DNA of 57,250 bases, filler included, from Platydemus manokwari (Eukaryota), in NCBI GenBank assembly GCA_037951405.1. It is 5 parts of 5 records of this genome, joined end to end, with 100 filler letters (N's around TTAATTAATTAA, not from the genome) between each part and the next. Parts side by side here need not be neighbours in the genome. Positions count along the whole stretch, not along the records: positions 1 to 18,346 come from JBBMOY010433332.1; 4 more parts are not named here. One strand, 5' to 3'. Shown in pieces: positions 1 through 12,934 of this stretch. A model generated the notes under the pieces. It had not been told where the DNA came from. It saw only the letters and a program-made list of their open reading frames with translations, and did not search any database. The translations under genes and the position numbers were made by a program. Numbering within the stretch: the stretch's first letter is position 1; each line of letters begins with the position of its first letter.

Positions 1-1048
1 CATTGAAAATGATGGACTGTACTTCGAGGAATAATATGTTCAGCGTTATAACAATTTGTGTTAATAAAATACCTGCAGAAAAACAGGAATAACTTTTGAC
101 TCAACCTGGTAAATCCCGGTTTTTTTTTTATTAATTATGGATATTATTAATTTGGATTAAAATTATATTATATTATATTATATTACATTCCTGTTAGTCA
201 CAAAACCTCCCTGAATTTTCATTAAAATATTTCACATTAAAATCTCATGCGATAATAAAAATTATAAACTAATACATACAATTATTGTCTGATTAAAAAT
301 TGTCAACGGCGTCTAATAATAATTAATAAATTCTGATTTTGGAATATATTTAGTGGGAGGCTTACATTGATCTGAAACCAAAGCTGAACTTGTATGAAAT
401 GACGATTATACGAAAGATTGTATACGATAGATATCTGATAAAGATTAAAAATTTGCGATTATTAACATGTTTGTTTATTTACCAGGCGGATGATATTCGT
501 GGATTTTTATCAGTTAAAAATAGTTGTTCATCTTAATCAGTTATGGTCTTTATTTCGTAGTTGGAATACAAGACATGGTTTCAGCCTGTCAACTGAGTTT
601 GACAATTCTCATATAAACATCACTAGACATTTTCCCAGTTTTTAATATGACAATTTCCAGTTTTTTTATTTAAGAATTGCTGGAATGATGTTATTGTTTA
701 GTTTATTCAACTGCAAAAATCGTTTAAATTAGCCGATTAAAATTCAGAGGTATCTGATAAGTTTTCATCTTGTGAATACGAACGCATTGTTTATTCTAAT
801 CTCGGTAATAGTAATATATTAAGTCATGGCATCAATATTATCAATAAAAAAGCGATAGAATTATTTAAATGAAAATGGTGACAATGTTTTTTTTAACTAA
901 ATTGGACATTTTATAAGAAATGTTCCATTCTCTCCCTCGGAATATTAATAAAATAATTTTTATCCATTAGCAATACTTTGTGAATTTATATTTATTTACG
1001 AACTTTGCATAAATTATTTATTTTCGAAGTTAATTATAAGATCTTAAG

Positions 1049-1226
1049 CTGCACTACAAGCACTTGCTAGAAAAAAAAGATTAGAAAAACAACTTCAACA
1101 ATTGGATGGCGTTTTAACGACAATTGAATTTCAAATTGAAGCCGTTGAAAATGCAACGACAAATACTGAAATAATCAAAGTGATGAAACAAGCGTCAACA
1201 ACTTTAAAGGCATCACAACAGAATAT
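1049..1226 (+). CDS. CHMP4: CHMP4/Snf7 (ESCRT-III) internal exon; the 5' exon lies outside the window
   Basis: AG acceptor at 1047-1048. Translates (A)ALQALARKKRLEKQLQQLDGVLTTIEFQIEAVENATTNTEIIKVMKQASTTLKASQQN(M), matching CHMP4 AALQALKRKKRYEKQL..IDGTLSTIEFQREALENA. GT donor at 1227 begins a 53-nt intron. Not in the ORF track. Confidence 0.95.
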
Positions 1227-1279
1227 GTACAAAATATATGAAATGACTATTTTATGATGTTTTATTTATATTTAATCAG

Positions 1280-1539
1280 GAATATAGATAAGGTTTATGA
1301 CATAATGGACGACCTTACAGAGCAGCAAGAATTGGCTAAAGAAATATCTGATGCCATCTCAAACCCAGTTGGATTCGGGCATGATATTGATGAAGATGAA
1401 TTATTAGCAGAGTTAGAAAAACTTCAAGAAGAGGATTTGAAATCCAATCTGTTGGATATTAATAAACAGAAATCAGTGACACTTCCATCAGTTCCTACAC
1501 ACGAAGTTGGAGAACCTTCCAGGCCCAGATCTAGAAAAA
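1280..1539 (+). CDS. CHMP4: CHMP4/Snf7 internal exon
   Basis: CAG acceptor at 1277-1279. Translates NIDKVYDIMDDLTEQQELAKEISDAISNPVGFGHDIDEDELLAELEKLQEE...VTLPSVP, including the MIM2-like LPxVP motif. Phase-1 GT donor at 1540. Confidence 0.95.
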
Positions 1540-2354
1540 GTACAACGCTAATTATTCATTTATTTTTATCATTATATTTTATTATATATCGACGTTGCTT
1601 TCTTATAATGCGAAACAATCGTATGAAATCCCAATTTTACTTATATAATATTGAAACCCATTTTTACTATTCGTATACTCTTCTACTCATTGTTAGAGCC
1701 AGTTTTATCTGAAGAAAATTCAATTCTATTAAATACGATTAATTTCATTAACTGCAAATTTGTTTATTCGGAAATTGAAATTCTTTTACAAATTATAGAC
1801 ATTTGTTTAAATAGCAAAATTTACGAAATTAAAACCCGACAAATAGAAAAAAATAATTCCAAAACAGAGTTTACAATTATATTCCTCGTTTCAAAACTTA
1901 TTTTTAAATCAATGACTTATAAATTTTTACGCGAAGACTAAATTTTTGATATTAGATTTGTGATTGGTCAATATTTTGTTTATGTGGTTGTCAAGGTAAT
2001 CAGATTAGTGGAAATAAATTTTCATGATCATAAACAACGATAATAGTAATTAAAATAAGTCACTAATAACGAACAACAATAACAAGCATATTTATGCAAA
2101 ATTTACACTGCTACTTGATTTTTGACGATAATTTGTGTATGAATTTTAATATAAATAAAAATATCAAGTCAAGCCAAAACTTAATTTTAATAAACAATTG
2201 CAACAATAATAACAAAACATCTAAGCAAATAATTGAAACAAATTGATAAAAATGACATTTGCAACACAGAATTTCAATTTACAAATGAAATTACCCATTT
2301 TGTACATTAACATTAAAATTTGATGTTTTGACATAATGATATTTATATATTTAG

Positions 2355-2407
2355 GTAAACGAACTGAAGATCGAGAGCTAGAAGATTTACAAAATTGGGC
2401 ATCTTAA
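2355..2407 (+). CDS. CHMP4: CHMP4/Snf7 terminal exon
   Basis: TTAG acceptor ending at 2354, phase-compatible with the 1540 donor. Gives SKRTEDRELEDLQNWAS*, the CHMP4 C-terminal ALIX/Bro1-binding LxxLxxW helix. AATAAA at 2546 and 2631. Confidence 0.9.
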
Positions 2408-5400
2408 AATTATCAGCATTTTTCTCAACAGTTATTTAGTGATGACATTATGAAATATTGTATTTCATAATGGTATTCCTAATACGAAATATTGTCTGCT
2501 TGAACGCATATATCATTTAAACATGACACCAATTGACCATCAACAAATAAAGATAATCCTTCCTTCAATTCATTCGAATATTTCAAATTTGAACCACTAA
2601 TTATGATTCTATAAAATTTAAGATTTATAAAATAAACTTTTAACCGATAACATAATTACTTGTTTTCCATTTTTATTAAATTAGGTTCATTTTGAGTTGG
2701 GAGTTTGGTGACAGTTTCTAAATTTATTACACAATTAGGAAATATAGTTTTGCTATTAATTCTGATATCAAACATATTTTTCTCTATCTTCAGTATAGTT
2801 CCTAGTAATTGAACCTATGTATAAATTATATTGATATTTAAAACATAATAATACATGATTAAATGGTTTCCGGTAGTTTAATTGCACAATTTTTAAAACA
2901 CTTTTACAGTTAGTAAAAACTTTGTGAAAATTATTCATTCAAATATTTCAGATCAAATATTTAAACAAAAAGTAGGAAAGTAATTTTTAACTAATTTCCA
3001 AATTAAAATCTTTCAGTTTCGTAATTTAATAAAATTTCATTTATATAATTATTGTTAAAAATTTTTGAAATTCAAATATTAATTTCAAATTTTATAAATG
3101 GATTATAATAAAAAATTTGTTTATAGAAACATGATATACAATAAAGTCGATGTTATCTTATTTGGAAATTGAGAAACCGTGTTGAAATAAAATTCAAGTT
3201 GATAAATTTATTAAAAATATCTCAAGAAAATTTTAATTAAAATAGAATAAAATTAGTTAATTTAAAATTAAAGAAAATCGAAAAAATACATCCGGTAAAG
3301 AAAAAAGTTATTTGCTGCATTACTTTATTTTCTGTTTTCTGATTTCAACAACTTATAAAAACCAGTAATCGTTATTAATTTGGTAATAATAATAGTTAGT
3401 TCTTGATTATATAATTATAATGATATTTTGCTGGTTGCGGAATGTTTTATCATTATTTAGTATTGTGTACCGAATAATGGATTTGTATTTCTGTGGCGGA
3501 ACTGCAATTAACTTTTTAAATATTTTATTACGGCTGCATTTATCGATGAACTTGACTTCAGTATATACATATATATAATTCGCGAAATAAATCAAGTTGG
3601 TTTCAATATTGCCAATCTGTTTCACACTATTATTTACTCTAAATCTTTGAAAGTAGATATTTTTAAATTCCAAATTTGTGTCAAAATCTCTACTTGCCTA
3701 GTCCATATTATAATAAGTCTATATATTCAAGATTTCAGCACTTCGAAATTAAAGTAGTAATATTAATTTTGCATATATTATAATTAAATGTTGTAGTTGA
3801 GGATGGGACTTGTAACTGTAATCAATTAAAGAATCTTTTGTTAAGGAATGGTAATTCATTGCTTGTCAATATCTATCGAAATGTAGTTCAAAGATTGAAA
3901 TATTTTATGTAAAACCCGATCATTGATACATGCTTTTTATTCTTATTACTTAGTTATGTATCACCATCTTAAGGCGAAGATTTTGATCCACGAGGACAAG
4001 TCTTTTAACCATGAATTATACGAATTATAAGTAGTTTGTTGTATGTTGTATTGTAAACACCTTTGTAATTTTTATTTTTTGTTAAATTATATCAGTGCGC
4101 ATTAGTGATATAACCCCAAATATAATAAAACTTCAATTTCCGAAATAACCATTAGTCTACAATAATCAATAATATGTGTTTTAGATTCTTGTATTTGGAA
4201 ACTTAACAGAGTAAGTTCTCATCGTCTTCCTCTAACTTGAGTTAGTATCAGATATTCCCAAATGAACTATTATAATTGAAATTTTTCATAAACATTAAAA
4301 GTTCTTTTGAAGTTTATATTTATATTTAACAACGTGTTGATGTTTGAATCTTATGTAACCCTTGTACATGTAGTTATGATTCTCAATTTAAAAATGCAAT
4401 GATTCAATTAAAAAGTTGTTTTCAATTTTTGCAACAATTACAAAAATCTTTTTTGTTCAAACTAAACAAATCAATATGTATTACATCGAAGAAGAAAGAG
4501 TAGATTTGCCGAGACTCCCAAATGCTTTTAAAAGTTTTGGTTTCAGTTAAAACATAGATTTTTTTAAAATAACTTATACAAATGTTCCCAATACGTTGAT
4601 TCTTGCCGGTTATATTTAATCAATAGAATGTGAGCTGTTCACAGAATATTTTTGGAATATTTTTGTTTCTCAAGAATATGTTTCTAATTTATCAACATCT
4701 TATCAATGATAGTTTTTATTTATATTTTTCAAAATTTACCCGTTTGATTTGCAAATTTTGTGACTTATGTTCCTCTGTTTATATTATGGTGTTAGCAATA
4801 AATATATTTGATTATTTTATTTATATATAAAATGATTTGATATTTTTCTGTATCTCTAGCATATTGACATTTTATATTAAATTTTTACCTACATTTTTTG
4901 GATAATTCTCACAAACAAACTGTCATCAAATTGTTAAATCACTCACCAATTCAATTGTGATTACACCAAAATTATCGTGACTTGAGCTGAAATCAAAAGT
5001 CACAACTTTGATATTCAATCCTGAACAATGCAGTTATCAAGATTCGAATATCAAAGTCATAAAAACCTTCAATCTTAATATCGATTAATACTTGTTGATA
5101 TTTAGTGATGATGTTTTAATAACTCAGTGATCTTTCATGTTGTTTATATTCATTTATATGCTTTAAATTTTATGTTGAATGTGATTGTGATTGTCATCGA
5201 ATAAAACATAGTTTTGAAACTGCAATGAAGAATTGGAATCTAACAGAATTGAAGAATCCATCATCTATCATTATGATATTGCTGTTGCCGTTCTAAATTA
5301 ATCGTTTATATAAAATCCTATATTTATTAATATTTTATTAATTTCGTAATGACTTTGTTGGGGATTTGAGAAAATAGCTCTATTCAAGAAAATGTTAAGA

Positions 5401-5499
5401 ATTAAACGTAGAAAAGTATTAAACTATTTATATTTCATTATTTCAAAGTTAACGAGCAAGTTTATTTTAATAAAATAAAAGGGAAATCTCATGGGAATA

Positions 5500-6274
5500 A
5501 ATTTAATTGTACCCATTTTCGTCAATAATCTGTGACGATTAAATTCGTCTCCCGATTCATATAAATAGGGGGAAAAACGTCGTATTTTCCGAACTGCCGC
5601 CTGTTACACAAAACTGTCTGTTACGTGAAGTCGTATTCATCAGTAGAAGCTCGTATTTGATCCGATCCATATTGTGCCATAGCCATTGTTCAAGTATATG
5701 CTCGTTAACGTAAGTCAGATTAATTCTGTAAACCACTGATCAATACTATAAACGCCGTCTATATTGTTTTACTATAGAGCTTTGTCTCAAATTTCTTGAA
5801 AGGTGGTTTTGCTGCAAGAGTGTGCAGTCTATTAACCGTAAATCTTCTCCAGAAGCTTGATAAGGTTGTTCGTATTTTTCGAATTGTATATTTAACCATT
5901 GTAAAACGTAGTAATTTATATAATTGTCTAGTGTAATTTTGGTATCAACAAATATTTTGTAAACAACGAATTTGTTATTGATTTGAGTAAAATTTGATAA
6001 TATTGATAGTACAGGTTGAGACTGATAGTTTAGTTAAAATCCATGTAATGTTGATATAGGAATAATTTTGGTAATAATAATTGATCATTGTTGCCGTTTG
6101 ATATTATCATCATATAATATTAAACACGAGGCGAAGAAAGAAAGAAATAGGTTCAATAGTTCGTACCTAGAGCTTAATCAGAACCACGTGTGACTGATTA
6201 AGGCAACAGTGATCATCAACAATAATAAGAATAAATTGAATTGCGAGACTGATAAGATCAATAACAACGCAACA
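5500..6274 (+). mobile_element. Solo-LTR-like repeat (long-LTR family, copy 1); left boundary approximate
   Basis: Ends in CAACGCAACA, with TATAAATAGGGGG near 5560 and AATAAA near 6230. Its reverse complement is collinear with 54912-55410 (TGTTGCGTT/TGTTACGTT start, TGATTAAG, TATCAGTCTCAA, CACTCTTG..GCAAAA..TTCAAGAA.TTTGA). It also shares CGAGGCGAAGAAA with the reverse of 52679-52691. Confidence 0.55.
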
Positions 6275-7194
6275 ACTTAAATAATTACATTTTCGTCATA
6301 TGACTCCACATATTTTTAATCGAATAACTCTTGATAATCATTTCTGATCTAAATTCTTACTGCAAATGGTTTTTGATGGGTTATTTGATTGGTCTTAGAT
6401 ATTTGTAAATTCACAGGAACGTTACATTCTCCAAATCAGAAACAAATTTTACTGTATTTCTTTGATCATTCATCAGTTAATATATTATCTTCTAAAACTT
6501 TTAATCGGTATAGATTTGGTTAATTTTCTCGCAGTATGCTTAATTTTCTTCCAAATTTACAAATAAATATTTTCTTTCAACTACTCAATCCAGTATGGAA
6601 ATTTTCTCAAATAAAAGAACTAGCAAAGAAGCCGCTTCTGAATATGAGGTTACAACTGTTAAATTAATTGATACTGAAGAATCAGTAAAATAGTTGATCC
6701 AATGGTTTTTGTATATAATTCAAATCTGATAAGTCCGAGAGTTAAAGCATATTTTAAACGAATAAATGTAAATGCAGAAATAAATACCGATATAAACATA
6801 AAAGTAGAAGTACATATATAATAACAAATAAGAAAATAATGAGCAATCATAAAAATAATGTCGATTAAAATAATATAATTAAATTGTTATAAAAATAATA
6901 TTAATATTTAAAAATAAAATAAAGTTATTATAATTATAAAATTATTAATAATTTTTAATGGTAAAATTAAATAAATACTACATTTTAGAAGTTATTGAAC
7001 TTCATAATTAGAAAATTGAAACTGTAAGTCAAAAACGGAAATTTGACAATATATGCAAATCGGTTGACACGAACAATAGAATACACACAGATGGGATGAG
7101 TATCGAAAATAAGTATACATAGAGCGAGTTAACTCTTTATATTCGTCATTAACAAGAATACAAAACAAAGTAAGATATTTATTTTCAATCAATG

Positions 7195-7750
7195 TATCGC
7201 GGCATCCACAAAAAATTTCGTTTTTATCAGTAAGAAAATATCTGAATATCAAAGTTAAAATTTTCTAGGTAGATCTTTCTTAGGTAAATTTTCCAAAGTA
7301 GATCATTAACAAAGCTGAAAAGTTCATGATTTAAATTTAAATAAATCTATTAAAGTTGGTTAAATGATTTAGCCTGAAAGATGAAGGCAAAGCAATGCGA
7401 CATAAATTTCTTTGTTGCAACTTTAACACGGAACAACTTTTCGGCTACCGAAATCTAGCTTTTTTGTCGAAAGTTGGGAAGCAGAGAACGTCGTCAGCTT
7501 TCGGAGAATACAGCAGATTACCAAATAGTTTGCAGGAAAACAGCAAACACTTGTTGAATGAAAAGAAGGTTCAGGAAGACCAAGAACGAGCACTACAGAA
7601 AGGAATGTCATTATTGTGCCTAAAATTATTGAAGAATAATGCTGCTTAAGCTGTTCAGCCATTTCAAGAGTCACTGACATTAAAAAACGAGCGTTCTCTG
7701 CATATTGAAGCTCGAATTTCGAAAAATGTCACTTTTTGCCGGCCCTTATA
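7195..7750 (+). mobile_element. Internally deleted Tc1/mariner element (transposase HTH fragment)
   Basis: A frame near 7565-7680 reads EGSGRPRTSTTERNVIIVPKIIEE*CCLSCSAISRVTDI (mariner SGRP + HTH). Nucleotides match the reverse of 44815-44892. Degenerate TA-flanked TIR-like ends: AAAAAATTTCGTTTTT at ~7209 (also at ~44020) and ACTTTTTGCCGGCCCTTATA at 7731-7750. Confidence 0.75.
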
Positions 7751-8166
7751 GTTGTGAGGAGGTAAAATATTGCGTAGAAATTGTATTGTATTCGCAGTCG
7801 GCTAATTAGTAATTGTATGATAACGAATTAATCTGCGTTTTAATTGTGATATTTAAATAAGCATTTTAGATATAAGCTTTTCCCTTGATTGAGAACTTTT
7901 ATGTAGAGCGAGAGACAGATCACACAGAGCAAGTTAAGTTTAGGCATAGCACACGTAACAAATCAAATATTTTATAAACACGTAATTTATATGCCATCTC
8001 TTGACGAACACTTGTTGCTCCCAAATTTCTATTGACAATAAAGGATATCAATATTCACTTTCACACATTGATGTTCAGTAATTAAGTTATTGATTGACTT
8101 CTTATTATTATAGTTACAAGTTTTACAGCATTATTACACACATATATGTGTGTGTGTTTCGGGAAA

Positions 8167-11100
8167 ATGTCTGAAAATAATATTTGCCTTATTACAGACT
8201 CGATCGCGATAAATATTTCGTCATCACGTAAGGACTAGATAATAAATTCCACATTAAGAAAATCTTGTTTGACAATAATTTAAACCCCAAACTCTTTATG
8301 ATCAGCTATAATACAATGTCAGTAATTCCAGTAATTATTTTAGCAACAATATAACTATCTTGGAATGTTTTCTTTGTCATCTTCAGCTAACTTATCAAAC
8401 AATCACTAAGTATTTAAAGACAATTTAATCCAAACAATTTTACGTATTTCCCTTGGGTATTACCGTCAAAAATATTTCATTCACGAGCCAAAACTATGTA
8501 TTATGTAATAAATATCATGTACTTTAATCTCATCATTTTAAATTTTATTCTTCAAAATTCTTCATTAATTTATAATAATAGTATTAATTAACAGTTAATT
8601 TTTATTGGAAAATTTAAGTTCACTCTGTGATATATTGAGTAATTCAATTGTAGTATTATTCTTGTTTTAATAACAGAATTTATACTATCTACAAGCATTG
8701 GTTTTAAAATATGATTTCTATTATTGAGCTTTGTGTATTTGATATAACCGGATGTTGGATGTAAAGAAATTATTGGGTCTCTATTTTTGTAAATAAATAT
8801 TATTTAAATATAATGATTAACCCAACTCCGTTTGTTACCAGATTCAATGATATAATTTTTTAAAAATAAACTTTTTAATCAAATCTACCCGATATTTTCT
8901 ACCAACAAGCAGGTTTTGATAACTGAAATATAAATGCATTTGTGCAAAATTTCGTGGCCGCTATATCCATTTTATAATTATCAAAAGCACATCATATAAT
9001 ATTTTGTCTTTACTTTGAAATTCAAGCCTTTACAACAAGCGTTTTGGCAACTTTTACCGGCTTGGACTTCATAAATATCACATTTAACGAATGTCTATAA
9101 TTTTGAAAACAAAAACCATTTTAAAATTGCAAAAAAATAGCAGAGTGTACCAGTTCCAATTGTTATTTTCAACGATTTTTTTCTGATAACTTTCAATGTT
9201 ACATCAAAGAAAAATTTATGAGTAATAAAAATCTAATCCGTCTTACTCATTTCACAATAATCGTTTATAGAAAGACATACATATTCGAAAAGAAAAAGCC
9301 TAAAGTAAAACGAAAAGCTCGAATTTGAAAAGCTTCTATTGATAGAAAATAAAGATAGAACACATTTCCCAATTTCATAAGAGCTGGGAAATTGGAGTTA
9401 TACAAGAAAGAATTTGTCATTTTTTATTAGAAAAGTAATTTCCTTAGGTTAATACAGTGGTTTCCAACCCGTGGGGCGCTGTTGCAAGGGGGCATGCAGC
9501 TGTTTCCAAAATATCATTTTCGAATACAAACCAAAAAAGTCGAATAGGTGTAAAAAATGAATCAGCAGTATAATGATAAAGCAGTAGTATTAATTATATA
9601 TTCTTTTTTGTTTTGTTATCATATTTCTTACAATAAATATATTATATTTTTACATAATATTGCATAATATTTTGTAGCCCATTAAATAAATTATAATATC
9701 AGTTGAGTATTTATTAAATTTGATTTTCAGATAAATTAATGGGACGCAACAATGTGTTTTTTAAAGGGGGAGCACCAATTTTTTTTTAAAGGGAGGCGCC
9801 GGTACATAAAGGTTGGAAACCACTGAGCTACTTGCTAATTTGAATGAATTGCCATATTATCTCAACCTTAACAACCCGATGGTGCACACACTCACACACA
9901 AACATTTGACATTCATATTTATCGAATATTTTCATTTCAGTCATTATTGAATCAAATTGTCAAACATTTTGTCGCATTACATCAAAAACATGTCAAATAC
10001 AATAATAGTTCTTCATCACAGATACACTTCAATGAATCCGACATGAATATTATGAAATATTGCACGGCGATAATTATCACACAAGCCAATATTGAAAATA
10101 TTTTCTGGCACAGTAATTATTTCGACAGCGGATTATTATAACAGAAGGAGTTATTTCGTATATAAAATATTGTAACGAAATATTAGGAAAATGAAATTCA
10201 TTATTATAGAGACACAGTGAGATATAATGGGAAAATCCATTTATAATAAACATTATAAATCTGATAAAATTCGCCAATTCATTCCAACGATCAAAGATAT
10301 TTTAAAAATAAATTTCTTGCCATGAATTGATGGAAATTTTGGACACACGATATTAATGATATTAAATATATATTGTTTGATAGGCCAGCTGTTTATGAAA
10401 TCATTTTACAATAGGCCAGATTCAAAATTGATTTACATTCAATTTGATCTCTTAATTCTTATTCTCGACAAACTCCAATAAAGTGAAAGTGCTTATTAAA
10501 AGTTTATTTTTCAGGAAACATATTTCCTCATTATCTGGCCATGAATTTGAAAACTTTTTAAATATGATGTCTAGCTGAATTGATTTTTGTGAAAATCGAC
10601 ACGGACAAGTTCTTTGAACTGTGCTCGAGTTACTAAAATTTTTCTCCCAATAATACAACAGTATTTACCAAATTTATTCCTTATCATGAACAAGATTTTT
10701 TGATAATGCTTTTTATAAATTTATTTAACTTCAGTTTTGGTTTTGTGATAATGATTGGACTTGTCAATGCGGTGGTGCTATCAGTTTTGGTTTTGAGAAA
10801 TTATCGATTACAGTTTAAGAGAATAACAAAAAGAGAATTTTTATCAATAATGTCTCTAAACAATGCTCCATTTCCAAGTGATCTTATATCGGTATTTATT
10901 CGTCATTGCAGGTATCTGGCAGCGTTTATTTTATGGGGTATCATAATTCCGATTGGTTTTGTATTTTTGATTTTATTCATCACTATTGGAACAATTTTAG
11001 TACCATTCATTTACTTAAAAGTTTCATGGATAAGGCATTCAGCTGTGGAGCTATCATCAATAGCTTTAATTAGAATTCAAAATCTCTTTTTTCGATTTGC

Positions 11101-11500
11101 ATTCGTCGAGAAATATGGAACTGGTATGGCAGTCAACAATCATAGAGCATTTTCAATTTAAATTGATTTTTCTTTTTGCCTCAATGCTATGGTCGGATTA
11201 CTCAGTTACTAAAAAATAAATAATAGCTTGGGTGATTTCTGGTGTATTTTGTTTTTGTAGAATCGATTTATGATCACTTCCAAATTATTTCCATTCATGT
11301 GACGATCCATACATAGCATATATTTGATTTCTCTATCCGGAACAGTATCATCCTAATCCGATTTGGAAATTTATTTAATTTGGGATAAGAAATAGAAACT
11401 GGCAGTTTATGTTTTAGGTAGCGATTTTTGGTTTTATTTATAAATCTGATTTGTAGCTCTAGTTTTGAATCAAAATCGTTTTATTAGAAATAGCTCTTTT
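8167..11500 (+). pseudogene. STRA6/STRA6-like (RBPR2, RBP-receptor family) pseudogene; 10570-11500 well supported, 5' part tentative
   Basis: ORF 10700-11161 (LRNYRLQFKRI...RHCRYLAAFILWG...FAFVEKYGTGMAVNNHRAF). It continues past stops and frameshifts as IDFSFCLNAMVGLLSY*, then CRIDL*SLPNYFHSCDDPYIAYI*FLYPEQYHPNP, then I*FVALVLNQN. This follows the STRA6-family motif order (YxxAYxLWG, NRRAF, NxxxGL, RIDxSxL, HxNP, WxLxYTLxxNP). Weak upstream hints: MSVIPVIIL (~8316), PWVLP (~8450), LHQKHVK (~9980). Confidence 0.75.
9455..9825. mobile_element. hAT-type MITE (Charlie/Buster-like ends), 371 bp
   Basis: Perfect 15-bp TIRs CAGTGGTTTCCAACC (9455-9469) and GGTTGGAAACCACTG (9811-9825). Subterminal GGGGCGC-like motifs at both ends, AT-rich non-coding interior. 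No 8-bp TSD recognisable. Confidence 0.85.
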
Positions 11501-11698
11501 CCAACTCATTTTCATTGATTTGCAATTAGATTTTAGAATATCTTTTACCTAAAAATCATGTCATGCTGTGAAGTATAGAAATAAAAGTGCAAAATTATTT
11601 TAATAAAAACGAAATCAATGATGATCAAATCCATCATACACATCAGACGAAAAATTGCAGCAGAATATAACATACCAATCATGACCTACTTCAAGACT

Positions 11699-12267
11699 TG
11701 TGAGAATATAAAAATTGAATTCGATTTTTACAGATTTAATTTTTGATATCAAATTATTTTAATTTTATTAGATTATTGTATTTGAATACATTTTTATAGT
11801 CGTGTTAATTTCAGTTGGTTTTAGATGCGTGCTCAAAAAAATTTCTGAGAAGATCAGTGACTTTAAATTATGGAAAAGGAGGAAGTTGTTAGGATTCTAT
11901 AAAGAAGTAGTAGTGTAGACATAAATAAAATATATAGAGAAGATAAAAAGACGATGTAAGGAAGATACAAAGAAGATTTAGAGAATATATAAAATATATA
12001 GAAGAATTAGAGATTTTTATATAGCTAAATATCTAGAGTATTCGATAAAATGTCAGTTACGATTAGAAAGGAAATCGAAGATTTTAAAGAAAGGGGGATG
12101 TCGGCATTTTAAATTGAATTGAATTTTTACGGATTTAATTTTATGGAATTTAATTTTAGTTAAAATTAAATTTATTTGATTGGATAATTGTATTTGAATA
12201 CATAATTTGATGTCGTGTCTTTTCAGTTCGTTTTCGATGCATGTTTAACAAATAGTAGCGGCTAACA
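11699..12267 (+). mobile_element. TRIM-like non-autonomous LTR element, copy A
   Basis: 5' LTR starts TGTGAGAATATAAAAATTGAA at 11699. Purine-rich interior, then PPT AAAGAAAGGGGGA abutting a 3' LTR (TGTCGG..GCTAACA, 12099-12267). Flanks AGACT / ATACT match 4 of 5 as a TSD. The 5'-LTR end and PBS appear deleted. Confidence 0.75.
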
Positions 12268-12691
12268 ATACTAACCCACAAAAATAATTTTTATCATAAC
12301 CAATATAACTAGCATTGACCAATATAGAGAATACAATGTTATTTTTAATCAATGTTGGGCAGAAAACTTATCCCCATCAGTTGTTTTTCAAACCATTATT
12401 ATTCCAATTTTTTATAAATGCAATCAACTAGGAACTGAATGTTTCATAAAACAACTGTTTTGATTGGATGATTCTCGATTCTTCTAATCGGGAACATCAA
12501 AACGGAATTAATTAATACTGATTATAACTGTTTTTATTGAATTAATTAAAACAAATAATTTTTTAAGATTAATTTACATTTTAATAGATTTGGAAAATGG
12601 TTTGATTAATTATTTATTTGAGATATTTTCCAAGAGAAAAATGAACAATATCAATATTGATTTGAATTAAAATTGATAATTATTATTTTAT

Positions 12692-12692
<1 letters not shown>

Positions 12693-12726
<34 letters not shown>
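12693..12726. repeat. (AAT)n microsatellite
   Basis: Uninterrupted AAT run. Confidence 0.95.
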
Positions 12727-12934
12727 GAATCATAATATATTGACCTCCAACGAGTACGATTATCAATTACAAAAATAAGAACTACCGACTTTAGATGATA
12801 TTGAACCTTTCAATCAAGGTTGTTTTTCAATTGTTCACCATTTCGTTATATGCAGTCTACCATTAAGAAATGAGACTGATTGCTTGGTCGCTACTACTAG
12901 TGATTGGCTCTCATCAATCGGTAAATCGAAATAT

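Noticed and set aside
1540-1712. Hydrophobic C-terminal extension of ORF 1254-1712 (membrane-anchored CHMP4?)
   Set aside because: It is read-through into an AT-rich intron; the true terminal exon with the conserved LxxW helix is at 2355-2407.
11159-11449. Alternative genetic code or read-through explaining the STRA6-like stops
   Set aside because: Stops include both TAA and TGA plus frameshifts, and the neighbouring intact genes use the standard code.
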